Shown here in pieces: positions 26,150 through 39,203 of a DNA stretch of 64,000 nucleotides; position 1 is the stretch's first letter; every line of letters begins with the position of its first letter. A program made the position numbers and the translations under genes. The notes beneath the pieces were generated by a model that was given only the letters and a program-made list of their open reading frames with translations, did no database searches and was not told the origin of the DNA. The DNA is from Auanema rhodensis (taxonomy: Eukaryota > Animalia > Nematoda), in NCBI GenBank assembly GCA_964057225.1, contig OZ059900.1:12834001-12898000 (forward strand), read 5' to 3'.

Positions 26150-29100
26150 TTTTCTTTTCTGTTGTTGATTTCTGTAAAATAATAAATTGTGAAAAGATTT
26201 TGTTAAAAAGTATTGTTTATGATGAATGTATATCTATTACATATATAATATATCAAATATTGATAGTTTTAACGAATGAGTATTGTAACTAAGAAGATAA
26301 CTAAGAATCAATTTGAAAATAAATCAGAATCTCTTCTGATTACTTGAATTAATTTATGATAAGTAAACTAAAATTTGAAGTAAACTTAACAATGGAATCC
26401 TAATTAACTTCAACAGATAACTGTCACGTATGTTTCATATCTATAGACTATTTGGTTTCTGTTTTATATTAGTTATGTTTTAACTCTTACTATTGAGACT
26501 AATTATTTTTCTTTTCTGTTGTTGATTTCTGTAAAATAATAAATTGTGAAAAGATTTTGTTAAAAAGTATTGTTTATGATGAATGTATATCTATTACATA
26601 TATAATATATCAAATATTGATAGTTTTAACGAATGAGTATTGTAACTAAGAAGATAACTAAGAATCTAATTGAAAATAAATCAGAATCTCTTCTGATTAC
26701 TTGAATTAATTTATGATAAAAAAACTAAAATTTGAAGTAAACTTAACAATAGAATCCTAATTAACTTCAACAGATAACTGTCACGTATGTTTCATATCTA
26801 TAGACTATTTGGTTTCTGTTTTATATTAGTTATGTTTTAACTCTTATTATTGAGACTAATTATTTTTCTTTTCTGTTGTTGATTTCTGTAAAATAATAAA
26901 TTGTGAAAAGATTTTGTTAAAAAGTATTGTTTATGATGAATGTATATCTATTACATATATAATATATCAAATATTGATAGTTTTAACGAATGAGTATTGT
27001 AACTAAGAAGATAACTAAGAATCAATTTGAAAATAAATCAGAATCTCTTCTGATTACTTGAATTAATTTATGATAAAAAAACTAAAATTTGAAGTAAACT
27101 TAACAATAGAATCCTAATTAACTTCAACAGATAACTGTCACGTATGTTTCATATCTATAGACTATTTGGTTTCTGTTTTATATTAGTTATGTTTTAACTC
27201 TTATTATTGAGACTAATTATTTTTCTTTTCTGTTGTTGATTTCTGTAAAATAATAAATTGTGAAAAGATTTTGTTAAAAAGTATTGTTTATGATGAATAT
27301 ATATCTATTACATATATAATATATCAAATATTGATAGTTTTAACGAATGAGTATTGTAACTAAGAAGATAACTAAGAATCAATTTGAAAATAAATCAGAA
27401 TCTCTTCTGATTACTTGAATTAATTTATGATAAGTAAACTAAAATTTGAAGTAAACTTAACAATGGAATCCTAATTAACTTCAACAGATAACTGTCACGT
27501 ATGTTTCATATCTATAGACTATTTGGTTTCTGTTTTATATTAGTTATGTTTTAACTCTTACTATTGAGACTAATTATTTTTCTTTTCTGTTGTTGATTTC
27601 TGTAAAATAATAAATTGTGAAAAGATTTTGTTAAAAAGTATTGTTTATGATGAATGTATATCTATTACATATATAATATATCAAATATTGATAGTTTTAA
27701 CGAATGAGTATTGTAACTAAGAAGATAACTAAGAATCTAATTGAAAATAAATCAGAATCTCTTCTGATTACTTGAATTAATTTATGATAAAAAAACTAAA
27801 ATTTGAAGTAAACTTAACAATAGAATCCTAATTAACTTCAACAGATAACTGTCACGTATGTTTCATATCTATAGACTATTTGGTTTCTGTTTTATATTAG
27901 TTATGTTTTAACTCTTATTATTGAGACTAATTATTTTTCTTTTCTGTTGTTGATTTCTGTAAAATAATAAATTGTGAAAAGATTTTGTTAAAAAGTATTG
28001 TTTATGATGAATATATATCTATTACATATATAATATATCAAATATTGATAGTTTTAACGAATGAGTATTGTAACTAAGAAGATAACTAAGAATCAATTTG
28101 AAAATAAATCAGAATCTCTTCTGATTACTTGAATTAATTTATGATAAAAAAACTAAAATTTGAAGTAAACTTAACAATAGAATCCTAATTAACTTCAACA
28201 GATAACTGTCACGTATGTTTCATATCTATAGACTATTTGGTTTCTGTTTTATATTAGTTATGTTTTAACTCTTATTATTGAGACTAATTATTTTTCTTTT
28301 CTGTTGTTGATTTCTGTAAAATAATAAATTGTGAAAAGATTTTGTTAAAAAGTATTGTTTATGATGAATATATATCTATTACATATATAATATATCAAAT
28401 ATTGATAGTTTTAACGAATGAGTATTGTAACTAAGAAGATAACTAAGAATCAATTTGAAAATAAATCAGAATCTCTTCTGATTACTTGAATTAATTTATG
28501 ATAAGTAAACTAAAATTTGAAGTAAACTTAACAATGGAATCCTAATTATCTTCAACAGATAACTGTCACGTATGTTTCATATCTATAGACTATTTGGTTT
28601 CTGTTTTATATTAGTTATGTTTTAACTCTTACTATTGAGACTAATTATTTTTCTTTTCTGTTGTTGATTTCTGTAAAATAATAAATTGTGAAAAGATTTT
28701 GTTAAAAAGTATTGTTTATGATGAATGTATATCTATTACATATATAATATATCAAATATTGATAGTTTTAACGAATGAGTATTGTAACTAAGAAGATAAC
28801 TAAGAATCTAATTGAAAATAAATCAGAATCTCTTCTGATTACTTGAATTAATTTATGATAAAAAAACTAAAATTTGAAGTAAACTTAACAATAGAATCCT
28901 AATTAACTTCAACAGATAACTGTCACGTATGTTTCATATCTATAGACTATTTGGTTTCTGTTTTATATTAGTTATGTTTTAACTCTTATTATTGAGACTA
29001 ATTATTTTTCTTTTCTGTTGTTGATTTCTGTAAAATAATAAATTGTGAAAAGATTTTGTTAAAAAGTATTGTTTATGATGAATATATATCTATTACATAT

Positions 29101-29719
29101 ATAATATATTAAATATTGATAGTTTTAACGAATGAGTATTGTAACTAAGAAGATAACTAAGAATCAATTTGAAAATAAATCAGAATCTCTTCTGATTACT
29201 TGAATTAATTTATGATAAGTAAACTAAAATTTGAAGTAAACTTAACAATAGAATCCTAATTAACTTCAACAGATAACTGTCACGTATGTTTCATATCTAT
29301 AGACTATTTGGTTTCTGTTTTATATTAGTTATGTTTTAACTCTTACTATTGAGACTAATTATTTTTCTTTTCTGTTGTTGATTTCTGTAAAATAATAAAT
29401 TGTGAAAAGATTTTGTTAAAAAGTATTGTTTATGATGAATGTATATCTATTACATATATAATATATCAAATATTGATAGTTTTAACGAATGAGTATTGTA
29501 ACTAAGAAGATAACTAAGAATCTAATTGAAAATAAATCAGAATCTCTTCTGATTACTTGAATTAATTTATGATAAAAAAACTAAAATTTGAAGTAAACTT
29601 AACAATAGAATCCTAATTAACTTCAACAGATAACTGTCACGTATGTTTCATATCTATAGACTATTTGGTTTCTGTTTTATATTAGTTATGTTTTAACTCT
29701 TATTATTGAGACTAATTAT
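26150..29719 (-). repeat. Ten consecutive 357-bp monomers organised as a 1071-bp (3-mer) then 714-bp (2-mer) higher-order repeat
   Basis: GAGACTAATTAT instead of GAGACTAAATTAT (1-bp deletion). Marker CTTACTATT has its variant C at 26490, 27561, 28632 and 29346 (spacing 1071, 1071, 714). Marker GAATCTAATTG has the same spacing. Confidence 0.9.
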
Positions 29720-30983
29720 TTTTCTTTTCTGTTGTTGATTTCTGTAAAATAATAAATTGTGAAAAGATTTTGTTAAAAAGTATTGTTTATGATGAATATA
29801 TATCTATTACATATATAATATATCAAATATTGATAGTTTTAACGAATGAGTATTGTAACTAAGAAGATAACTAAGAATCAATTTGAAAATAAATCAGAAT
29901 CTCTTCTGATTACTTGAATTAATTTATGATAAGTAAACTAAAATTTGAAGTAAACTTAACAATAGAATCCTAATTAACTTCAACAGATAACTGTCACGTA
30001 TGTTTCATATCTATAGACTATTTGGTTTCTGTTTTATATTAGTTATGTTTTAACTCTTATTATTGAGACTAAATTATTTTTCTTTTCTGTTGTTGATTTC
30101 TGTAAAATAATAAATTGTGAAAAGATTTTGTTAAAAAGTATTGTTTATGATGAATGTATATCTATTACATATATAATATATTAAATATTGATAGTTTTAA
30201 CGAATGAGTATTGTAACTAAGAAGATAACTAAGAATCAATTTGAAAATAAATCAGAATCTCTTCTGATTACTTGAATTAATTTATCATAAGAAAACCTAA
30301 ATTTGAAATAAACCTAACAATAGAATCCTAATTAACTTCAACACATAACTGTCACGTATGTTTCATATCTATAGACTATTTGGTTTCTGTTTTATATTAG
30401 TTATGTTTTAACTCTTATTATTGAGACTAAATTATTTTTCTTTTCTGTTGTTGATTTCTGTAAAATAATAAATTGTGAAAAGATTTTGTTAAAAAGTATT
30501 GTTTATGATGAATGTATATCTATTACATATATAATATATCAAATATTGATAGTTTTAACGAATGAGTATTGTAACTAAGAAGATAACTAAGAATCAATTT
30601 GAAAATAAATCAGAATCTCTTCTGATTACTTGAATTAATTTATGATAAGTAAACTAAAATTTGAAGTAAACTTAACAATAGAATCTTAATTAACTTCAAC
30701 AGATAACTGTCACGTATGTTTCATATCTATAGACTATTTGGTTTCTGTTTTATATTAGTTATGTTTTAACTCTTATTATTGAGACTAAATTATTTTTCTT
30801 TTCTGTTGTTGATTTCTGTAAAATAATAAATTGTGAAAAGATTTTGTTAAAAAGTATTGTTTATGATGAATGTATATCTATTACATATATAATATATCAA
30901 ATATTGATAGTTTTAACGAATGAGTATTGTAACTAAGAAGATAACTAAGAATCAATTTGAAAATAAATCAGAATCTCTTCTGA

Positions 30984-31000
30984 TTACTTGGAAAAATAAT
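30984..31000. other. Divergent (head-to-head) orientation junction, -m162 | +m354
   Basis: ...TGATTACTTG|GAAAAATAATTTAG...; no inserted bases and no microhomology visible. Confidence 0.95.
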
Positions 31001-33501
31001 TTAGTCTCAATAATAAGAGTTAAAACATAACTAATATAAAACAGAAACCAAATAGTCTATAGATATGAAACATACGTGACAGTTATCTGTTGAAGTTAAT
31101 TAAGATTCTATTGTTAAGTTTACTTCAAATTTTAGTTTACTTATCATAAATTAATTCAAGTAATCAGAAGAGATTCTGATTTATTTTCAAATTGATTCTT
31201 AGTCATCTTCTTAGTTACAATACTCATTCGTTAAAACTATCAATATTTGATATATTATATATGTAATAGATATACATTCATCATAAACAATACTTTTTAA
31301 CAAAATCTTTTCACAATTTATTATTTAACAGAAATCAACAACAGAAAAGAAAAATAATTTAGTCTCAATAATAAGAGTTAAAACATAACTAATATAAAAC
31401 AGAAACCAAATAGTCTATAGATATGAAACATACGTGACAGTTATCTGTTGAAGTTAATTAAGATTCTATTGTTAAGTTTACTTCAAATTTTAGTTTACTT
31501 ATCATAAATTAATTCAAGTAATCAGAAGAGATTCTGATTTATTTTCAAATTGATTCTTAGTTATCTTCTTAGTTACAATACTCATTCGTTAAAACTATCA
31601 ATATTTGATATATTATATATGTAATAGATATACATTCATCATAAACAATACTTTTTAACAAAATCTTTTCACAATTTATTATTTTACAGAAATCAACAAC
31701 AGAAAAGAAAAATAAATTAGTCTCAATAATAAGAGTTAAAACATAACTAATATAAAACAGAAACCAAATAAGCTATAGATATGAAACATACGTGACAGTT
31801 ATGTGTTGAAGTTAATTAGGATTCTATTGTTAGGTTTATTTCAAATTTAGGTTTTCTTATGATAAATTAATTCAAGTAATCAGAAGAGATTCTGATTTAT
31901 TTTCAAATTGATTCTTAGTTATCTTCTTAGTTACAATACTCATTCGTTAAAACTATCAATATTTAATATATTATATATGTAATAGATATACATTCATCAT
32001 AAACAATACTTTTTAACAAAATCTTTTCACAATTTATTATTTTACAGAAATCAACAACAGAAAAGAAAAATAATTTAGTCTCAATAATAAGAGTTAAAAC
32101 ATAACTAATATAAAACAGAAACCAAATAGTCTATAGATATGAAACATACGTGACAGTTATCTGTTGAAGTTAATTAGGATTCCATTGTTAAGTTTACTTC
32201 AAATTTTAGTTTACTTATCATAAATTAATTCAAGTAATCAGAAGAGATTCTGATTTATTTTCAAATTGATTCTTAGTTATCTTCTTAGTTACAATACTCA
32301 TTCGTTAAAACTATCAATATTCGATATATTATATATGTAATAGATATACATTCATCATAAACAATACTTTTTAACAAAATCTTTTCACAATTTATTATTT
32401 TACAGAAATCAACAACAGAAAAGAAAAATAATTTAGTCTCAATAATAAGAGTTAAAACATAACTAATATAAAACAGAAACCAAATAGTCTATAGATATGA
32501 AACATACGTGACAGTTATCTGTTGAAGTTAATTAAGATTCTATTGTTAAGTTTACTTCAAATTTTAGTTTACTTATCATAAATTAATTCAAGTAATCAGA
32601 AGATTTTCTGATTTATTTTCAAATTGATTCTTAGTCATCTTCTTAGTTACAATACTCATTCGTTAAAACTATCAATATTTGATATATTATATATGTAATA
32701 GATATACATTCATCATAAACAATACTTTTTAACAAAATCTTTTCACAATTTATTATTTTACAGAAATCAACAACAGAAAAGAAAAATAATTTAGTCTCAA
32801 TAATAAGAGTTAAAACATAACTAATATAAAACAGAAACCAAATAGTCTATAGATATGAAACATACGTGACAGTTATCTGTTGAAGTTAATTAGGATTCTA
32901 TTGTTAAGTTTACTTCAAATTTTAGTTTACTTATCATAAATTAATTCAAGTAATCAGAAGAGATTCTGATTTATTTTCAAATTGATTCTTAGTTATCTTC
33001 TTAGTTACAATACTCATTCGTTAAAACTATCAATATTTGATATATTATATATGTAATAGATATACATTCATCATAAACAATACTTTTTAACAAAATCTTT
33101 TCACAATTTATTATTTTACAGAAATCAACAACAGAAAAGAAAAATAATTTAGTCTCAATAATAAGAGTTAAAACATAACTAATATAAAACAGAAACCAAA
33201 TAGTCTATAGATATGAAACATACGTGACAGTTATCTGTTGAAGTTAATTAGGATTCTATTGTTAAGTTTACTTCAAATTTTAGTTTTTTTATCATAAATT
33301 AATTCAAGTAATCAGAAGAGATTCTGATTTATTTTCAATTAGATTCTTAGTTATCTTCTTAGTTACAATACTCATTCGTTAAAACTATCAATATTTGATA
33401 TATTATATATGTAATAGATATACATTCATCATAAACAATACTTTTTAACAAAATCTTTTCACAATTTATTATTTTACAGAAATCAACAACAGAAAAGAAA
33501 A

Positions 33502-33833
33502 ATAAATTAGTCTCAATAATAAGAGTTAAAACATAACTAATATAAAACAGAAACCAAATAAGCTATAGATATGAAACATACGTGACAGTTATCTGTTGAA
33601 GATAATTAGGATTCCATTGTTAAGTTTACTTCAATTCAAGTAATCAGAAGAGATTCTGATTTATTTTCAAATTGATTCTTAGTTATCTTCTTAGTTACAA
33701 TACTCATTCGTTAAAACTATCAATATTTAATATATTATATATGTAATAGATATACATTCATCATAAACAATACTTTTTAACAAAATCTTTTCACAATTTA
33801 TTATTTTACAGAAATCAACAACAGAAAAGAAAA
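33502..33833 (+). repeat. 332-bp monomer with a 26-bp internal deletion (m134-159)
   Basis: TTTACTTCAA|TTCAAGTAATC at about 33625-33645. The phase shifts by 26 bp downstream. Confidence 0.95.
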
Positions 33834-36800
33834 ATAATTTAGTCTCAATAATAAGAGTTAAAACATAACTAATATAAAACAGAAACCAAATAGTCTATAG
33901 ATATGAAACATACGTGACAGTTATCTGTTGAAGTTAATTAGGATTCCATTGTTAAGTTTACTTCAAATTTTAGTTTACTTATCATAAATTAATTCAAGTA
34001 ATCAGAAGAGATTCTGATTTATTTTCAAATTGATTCTTAGTTATCTTCTTAGTTACAATACTCATTCGTTAAAACTATCAATATTCGATATATTATATAT
34101 GTAATAGATATACATTCATCATAAACAATACTTTTTAACAAAATCTTTTCACAATTTATTATTTTACAGAAATCAACAACAGAAAAGAAAAATAATTTAG
34201 TCTCAATAATAAGAGTTAAAACATAACTAATATAAAACAGAAACCAAATAGTCTATAGATATGAAACATACGTGACAGTTATCTGTTGAAGTTAATTAAG
34301 ATTCTATTGTTAAGTTTACTTCAAATTTTAGTTTACTTATCATAAATTAATTCAAGTAATCAGAAGATTTTCTGATTTATTTTCAAATTGATTCTTAGTC
34401 ATCTTCTTAGTTACAATACTCATTCGTTAAAACTATCAATATTTGATATATTATATATGTAATAGATATACATTCATCATAAACAATACTTTTTAACAAA
34501 ATCTTTTCACAATTTATTATTTTACAGAAATCAACAACAGAAAAGAAAAATAATTTAGTCTCAATAATAAGAGTTAAAACATAACTAATATAAAACAGAA
34601 ACCAAATAGTCTATAGATATGAAACATACGTGACAGTTATCTGTTGAAGTTAATTAGGATTCTATTGTTAAGTTTACTTCAAATTTTAGTTTACTTATCA
34701 TAAATTAATTCAAGTAATCAGAAGAGATTCTGATTTATTTTCAAATTGATTCTTAGTTATCTTCTTAGTTACAATACTCATTCGTTAAAACTATCAATAT
34801 TTGATATATTATATATGTAATAGATATACATTCATCATAAACAATACTTTTTAACAAAATCTTTTCACAATTTATTATTTTACAGAAATCAACAACAGAA
34901 AAGAAAAATAATTTAGTCTCAATAATAAGAGTTAAAACATAACTAATATAAAACAGAAACCAAATAGTCTATAGATATGAAACATACGTGACAGTTATCT
35001 GTTGAAGTTAATTAAGATTCTATTGTTAAGTTTACTTCAAATTTTAGTTTACTTATCATAAATTAATTCAAGTAATCAGAAGAGATTCTGATTTATTTTC
35101 AAATTGATTCTTAGTTATCTTCTTAGTTACAATACTCATTCGTTAAAACTATCAATATTTGATATATTATATATGTAATAGATATACATTCATCATAAAC
35201 AATACTTTTTAACAAAATCTTTTCACAATTTATTATTTTACAGAAATCAACAACAGAAAAGAAAAATAATTTAGTCTCAATAATAAGAGTTAAAACATAA
35301 CTAATATAAAACAGAAACCAAATAGTCTATAGATATGAAACATACGTGACAGTTATCTGTTGAAGTTAATTAGGATTCTATTGTTAAGTTTACTTCAAAT
35401 TTTAGTTTACTTATCATAAATTAATTCAAGTAATCAGAAGAGATTCTGATTTATTTTCAAATTGATTCTTAGTTATCTTCTTAGTTACAATACTCATTCG
35501 TTAAAACTATCAATCTTTGATATATTATATATGTAATAGATATACATTCATCATAAACAATACTTTTTAACAAAATCTTTTCACAGTTTATTATTTTACA
35601 GAAATCAACAACAGAAAAGAAAAATAATTTAGTCTCAATAATAAGAGTTAAAACATAACTAATATAAAACAGAAACCAAATAGTCTATAGATATGAAACA
35701 TACGTGACAGTTATCTGTTGAAGTTAATTAGGATTCTATTGTTAAGTTTACTTCAAATTTTAGTTTACTTATCATAAATTAATTCAAGTAATCAGAAGAG
35801 ATTCTGATTTATTTTCAAATTGATTCTTAGTTATCTTCTTAGTTACAATACTCATTCGTTAAAACTATCAATATTTAATATATTATATATGTAATAGATA
35901 TACATTCATCATAAACAATACTTTTTAACAAAATCTTTTCACAATTTATTATTTTACAGAAATCAACAACAGAAAAGAAAAATAATTTAGTCTCAATAAT
36001 AAGAGTTAAAACATAACTAATATAAAACAGAAACCAAATAGTCTATAGATATGAAACATACGTGACAGTTATCTGTTGAAGTTAATTAGGATTCCATTGT
36101 TAAGTTTACTTCAAATTTTAGTTTACTTATCATAAATTAATTCAAGTAATCAGAAGAGATTCTGATTTATTTTCAAATTGATTCTTAGTTATCTTCTTAG
36201 TTACAATACTCATTCGTTAAAACTATCAATATTTGATATATTATATATGTAATAGATATACATTCATCATAAACAATACTTTTTAACAAAATCTTTTCAC
36301 AATTTATTATTTTACAGAAATCAACAACAGAAAAGAAAAATAATTTAGTCTCAATAATAAGAGTTAATACATAACTAATATAAAACAGAAACCAAATAGT
36401 CTATAGATATGAAACATACGTGACAGTTATCTGTTGAAGTTAATTAAGATTCTATTGTTAAGTTTACTTCAAATTTTAGTTTACTTATCATAAATTAATT
36501 CAAGTAATCAGAAGAGATTCTGATTTATTTTCAAATTGATTCTTAGTTATCTTCTTAGTTACAATACTCATTCGTTAAAACTATCAATATTTGATATATT
36601 ATATATGTAATAGATATACATTCATCATAAACAATACTTTTTAACAAAATCTTTTCACAATTTATTATTTTACAGAAATCAACAACAGAAAAGAAAAATA
36701 ATTTAGTCTCAATAATAACAGTTAAAACATAACTAATATAAAACAGAAACCAAATAGTCTATAGATATGAAACATACGTGACAGTTATCTGTTGAAGTTA

Positions 36801-39203
36801 ATTAGGATTCCATTGTTAAGTTTACTTCAAATTTTAGTTTACTTATCATAAATTAATTCAAGTAATCAGAAGAGATTCTGATTTATTTTCAAATTGATTC
36901 TTAGTTATCTTCTTAGTTACAATACTCATTCGTTAAAACTATCAATATTTGATATATTATATATGTAATAGATATACATTCATCATAAACAATACTTTTT
37001 AACAAAATCTTTTCACAATTTATTATTTTACAGAAATCAACAACAGAAAAGAAAAATAATTTAGTCTCAATAATAAGAGTTAAAACATAACTAATATAAA
37101 ACAGAAACCAAATAGTCTATAGATATGAAACATACGTGACAGTTATCTGTTGAAGTTAATTAGGATTCCATTGTTAAGTTTACTTCAAATTTTAGTTTAC
37201 TTATCATAAATTAATTCAAGTAATCAGAAGAGATTCTGATTTATTTTCAAATTGATTCTTAGTTATCTTCTTAGTTACAATACTCATTCGTTAAAACTAT
37301 CAATATTTGATATATTATATATGTAATAGATATACATTCATCATAAACAATACTTTTTAACAAAATCTTTTCACAATTTATTATTTTACAGAAATCAACA
37401 ACAGAAAAGAAAAATAATTTAGTCTCAATAATAAGAGTTAAAACATAACTAATATAAAACAGAAACCAAATAGTCTATAGATATGAAACATACGTGACAG
37501 TTATCTGTTGAAGTTAATTAAGATTCTATTGTTAAGTTTACTTCAAATTTTAGTTTACTTATCATAAATTAATTCAAGTAATCAGAAGAGATTCTGATTT
37601 ATTTTCAAATTGATTCTTAGTTATCTTCTTAGTTACAATACTCATTCGTTAAAACTATCAATATTTGATATATTATATATGTAATAGATATACATTCATC
37701 ATAAACAATACTTTTTAACAAAATCTTTTCACAATTTATTATTTTACAGAAATCAACAACAGAAAAGAAAAATAATTTAGTCTCAATAATAAGAGTTAAA
37801 ACATAACTAATATAAAACAGAAACCAAATAGTCTATAGATATGAAACATACGTGACAGTTATCTGTTGAAGTTAATTAAGATTCTATTGTTAAGTTTACT
37901 TCAAATTTTAGTTTACTTATCATAAATTAATTCAAGTAATCAGAAGAGATTCTGATTTATTTTCAAATTGATTCTTAGTTATCTTCTTAGTTACAATACT
38001 CATTCGTTAAAACTATCAATATTTGATATATTATATATGTAATAGATATACATTCATCATAAACAATACTTTTTAACAAAATCTTTTCACAATTTATTAT
38101 TTTACAGAAATCGACAACAGAAAAGAAAAATAATTTAGTCTCAATAATAAGAGTTAAAACATAACTAATATAAAACAGAAACCAAATAGTCTATAGATAT
38201 GAAACATACGTGACAGTTATCTGTTGAAGTTAATTAAGATTCTATTGTTAAGTTTACTTCAAATTTTAGTTTACTTATCATAAATTAATTCAAGTAATCA
38301 GAAGAGATTCTGATTTATTTTCAAATTGATTCTTAGTTATCTTCTTAGTTACAATACTCATTCGTTAAAACTATCAATATTTGATATATTATATATGTAA
38401 TAGATATACATTCATCATAAACAATACTTTTTAACAAAATCTTTTCACAATTTATTATTTTACAGAAATCAACAACAGAAAAGAAAAATAATTTAGTCTC
38501 AATAATAAGAGTTAAAACATAACTAATATAAAACAGAAACCAAATAGTCTATAGATATGAAACATACGTGACAGTTATGTGTTGAAGTTAATTAGGATTC
38601 TATTGTTAGGTTTATTTCAAATTTAGGTTTTCTTATGATAAATTAATTCAAGTAATCAGAAGAGATTCTGATTTATTTTCAAATTGATTCTTAGTTATCT
38701 TCTTAGTTACAATACTCATTCGTTAAAACTATCAATATTTAATATATTATATATGTAATAGATATACATTCATCATAAACAATACTTTTTAACAAAATCT
38801 TTTCACAATTTATTATTTTACAGAAATCAACAACAGAAAAGAAAAATAATTTAGTCTCAATAATAAGAGTTAAAACATAACTAATATAAAACAGAAACCA
38901 AATAGTCTATAGATATGAGACATACGTGACAGTTATGTGTTGAAGTTAATTAGGATTCTATTGTTAGGTTTATTTCAAATTTAGGTTTTCTTATGATAAA
39001 TTAATTCAAGTAATCAGAAGAGATTCTGATTTATTTTCAAATTGATTCTTAGTTATCTTCTTAGTTACAATACTCATTCGTTAAAACTATCAATATTTAA
39101 TATATTATATATGTAATAGATATACATTCATCATAAACAATACTTTTTAACAAAATCTTTTCACAATTTATTATTTTACAGAAATCAACAACAGAAAAGA
39201 AAA

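Larger units (their letters stand above)
14247..30990 (-). repeat. Inverted block, 16744 bp: m90-to-1, 46 full monomers (11 of them 357 bp), then m358-to-162
   Basis: Sequence from 14247 (TAACTGTCACGTATG...) is the reverse complement of the monomer. Length check: 90 + 46x358 - 11 + 197 = 16744. Confidence 0.97.

Noticed and set aside
14247-30990. Site-specific invertible element or transposon
   Set aside because: No recombinase, no shared recombination site at the two junctions, no target-site duplication, and the breakpoints are non-reciprocal.
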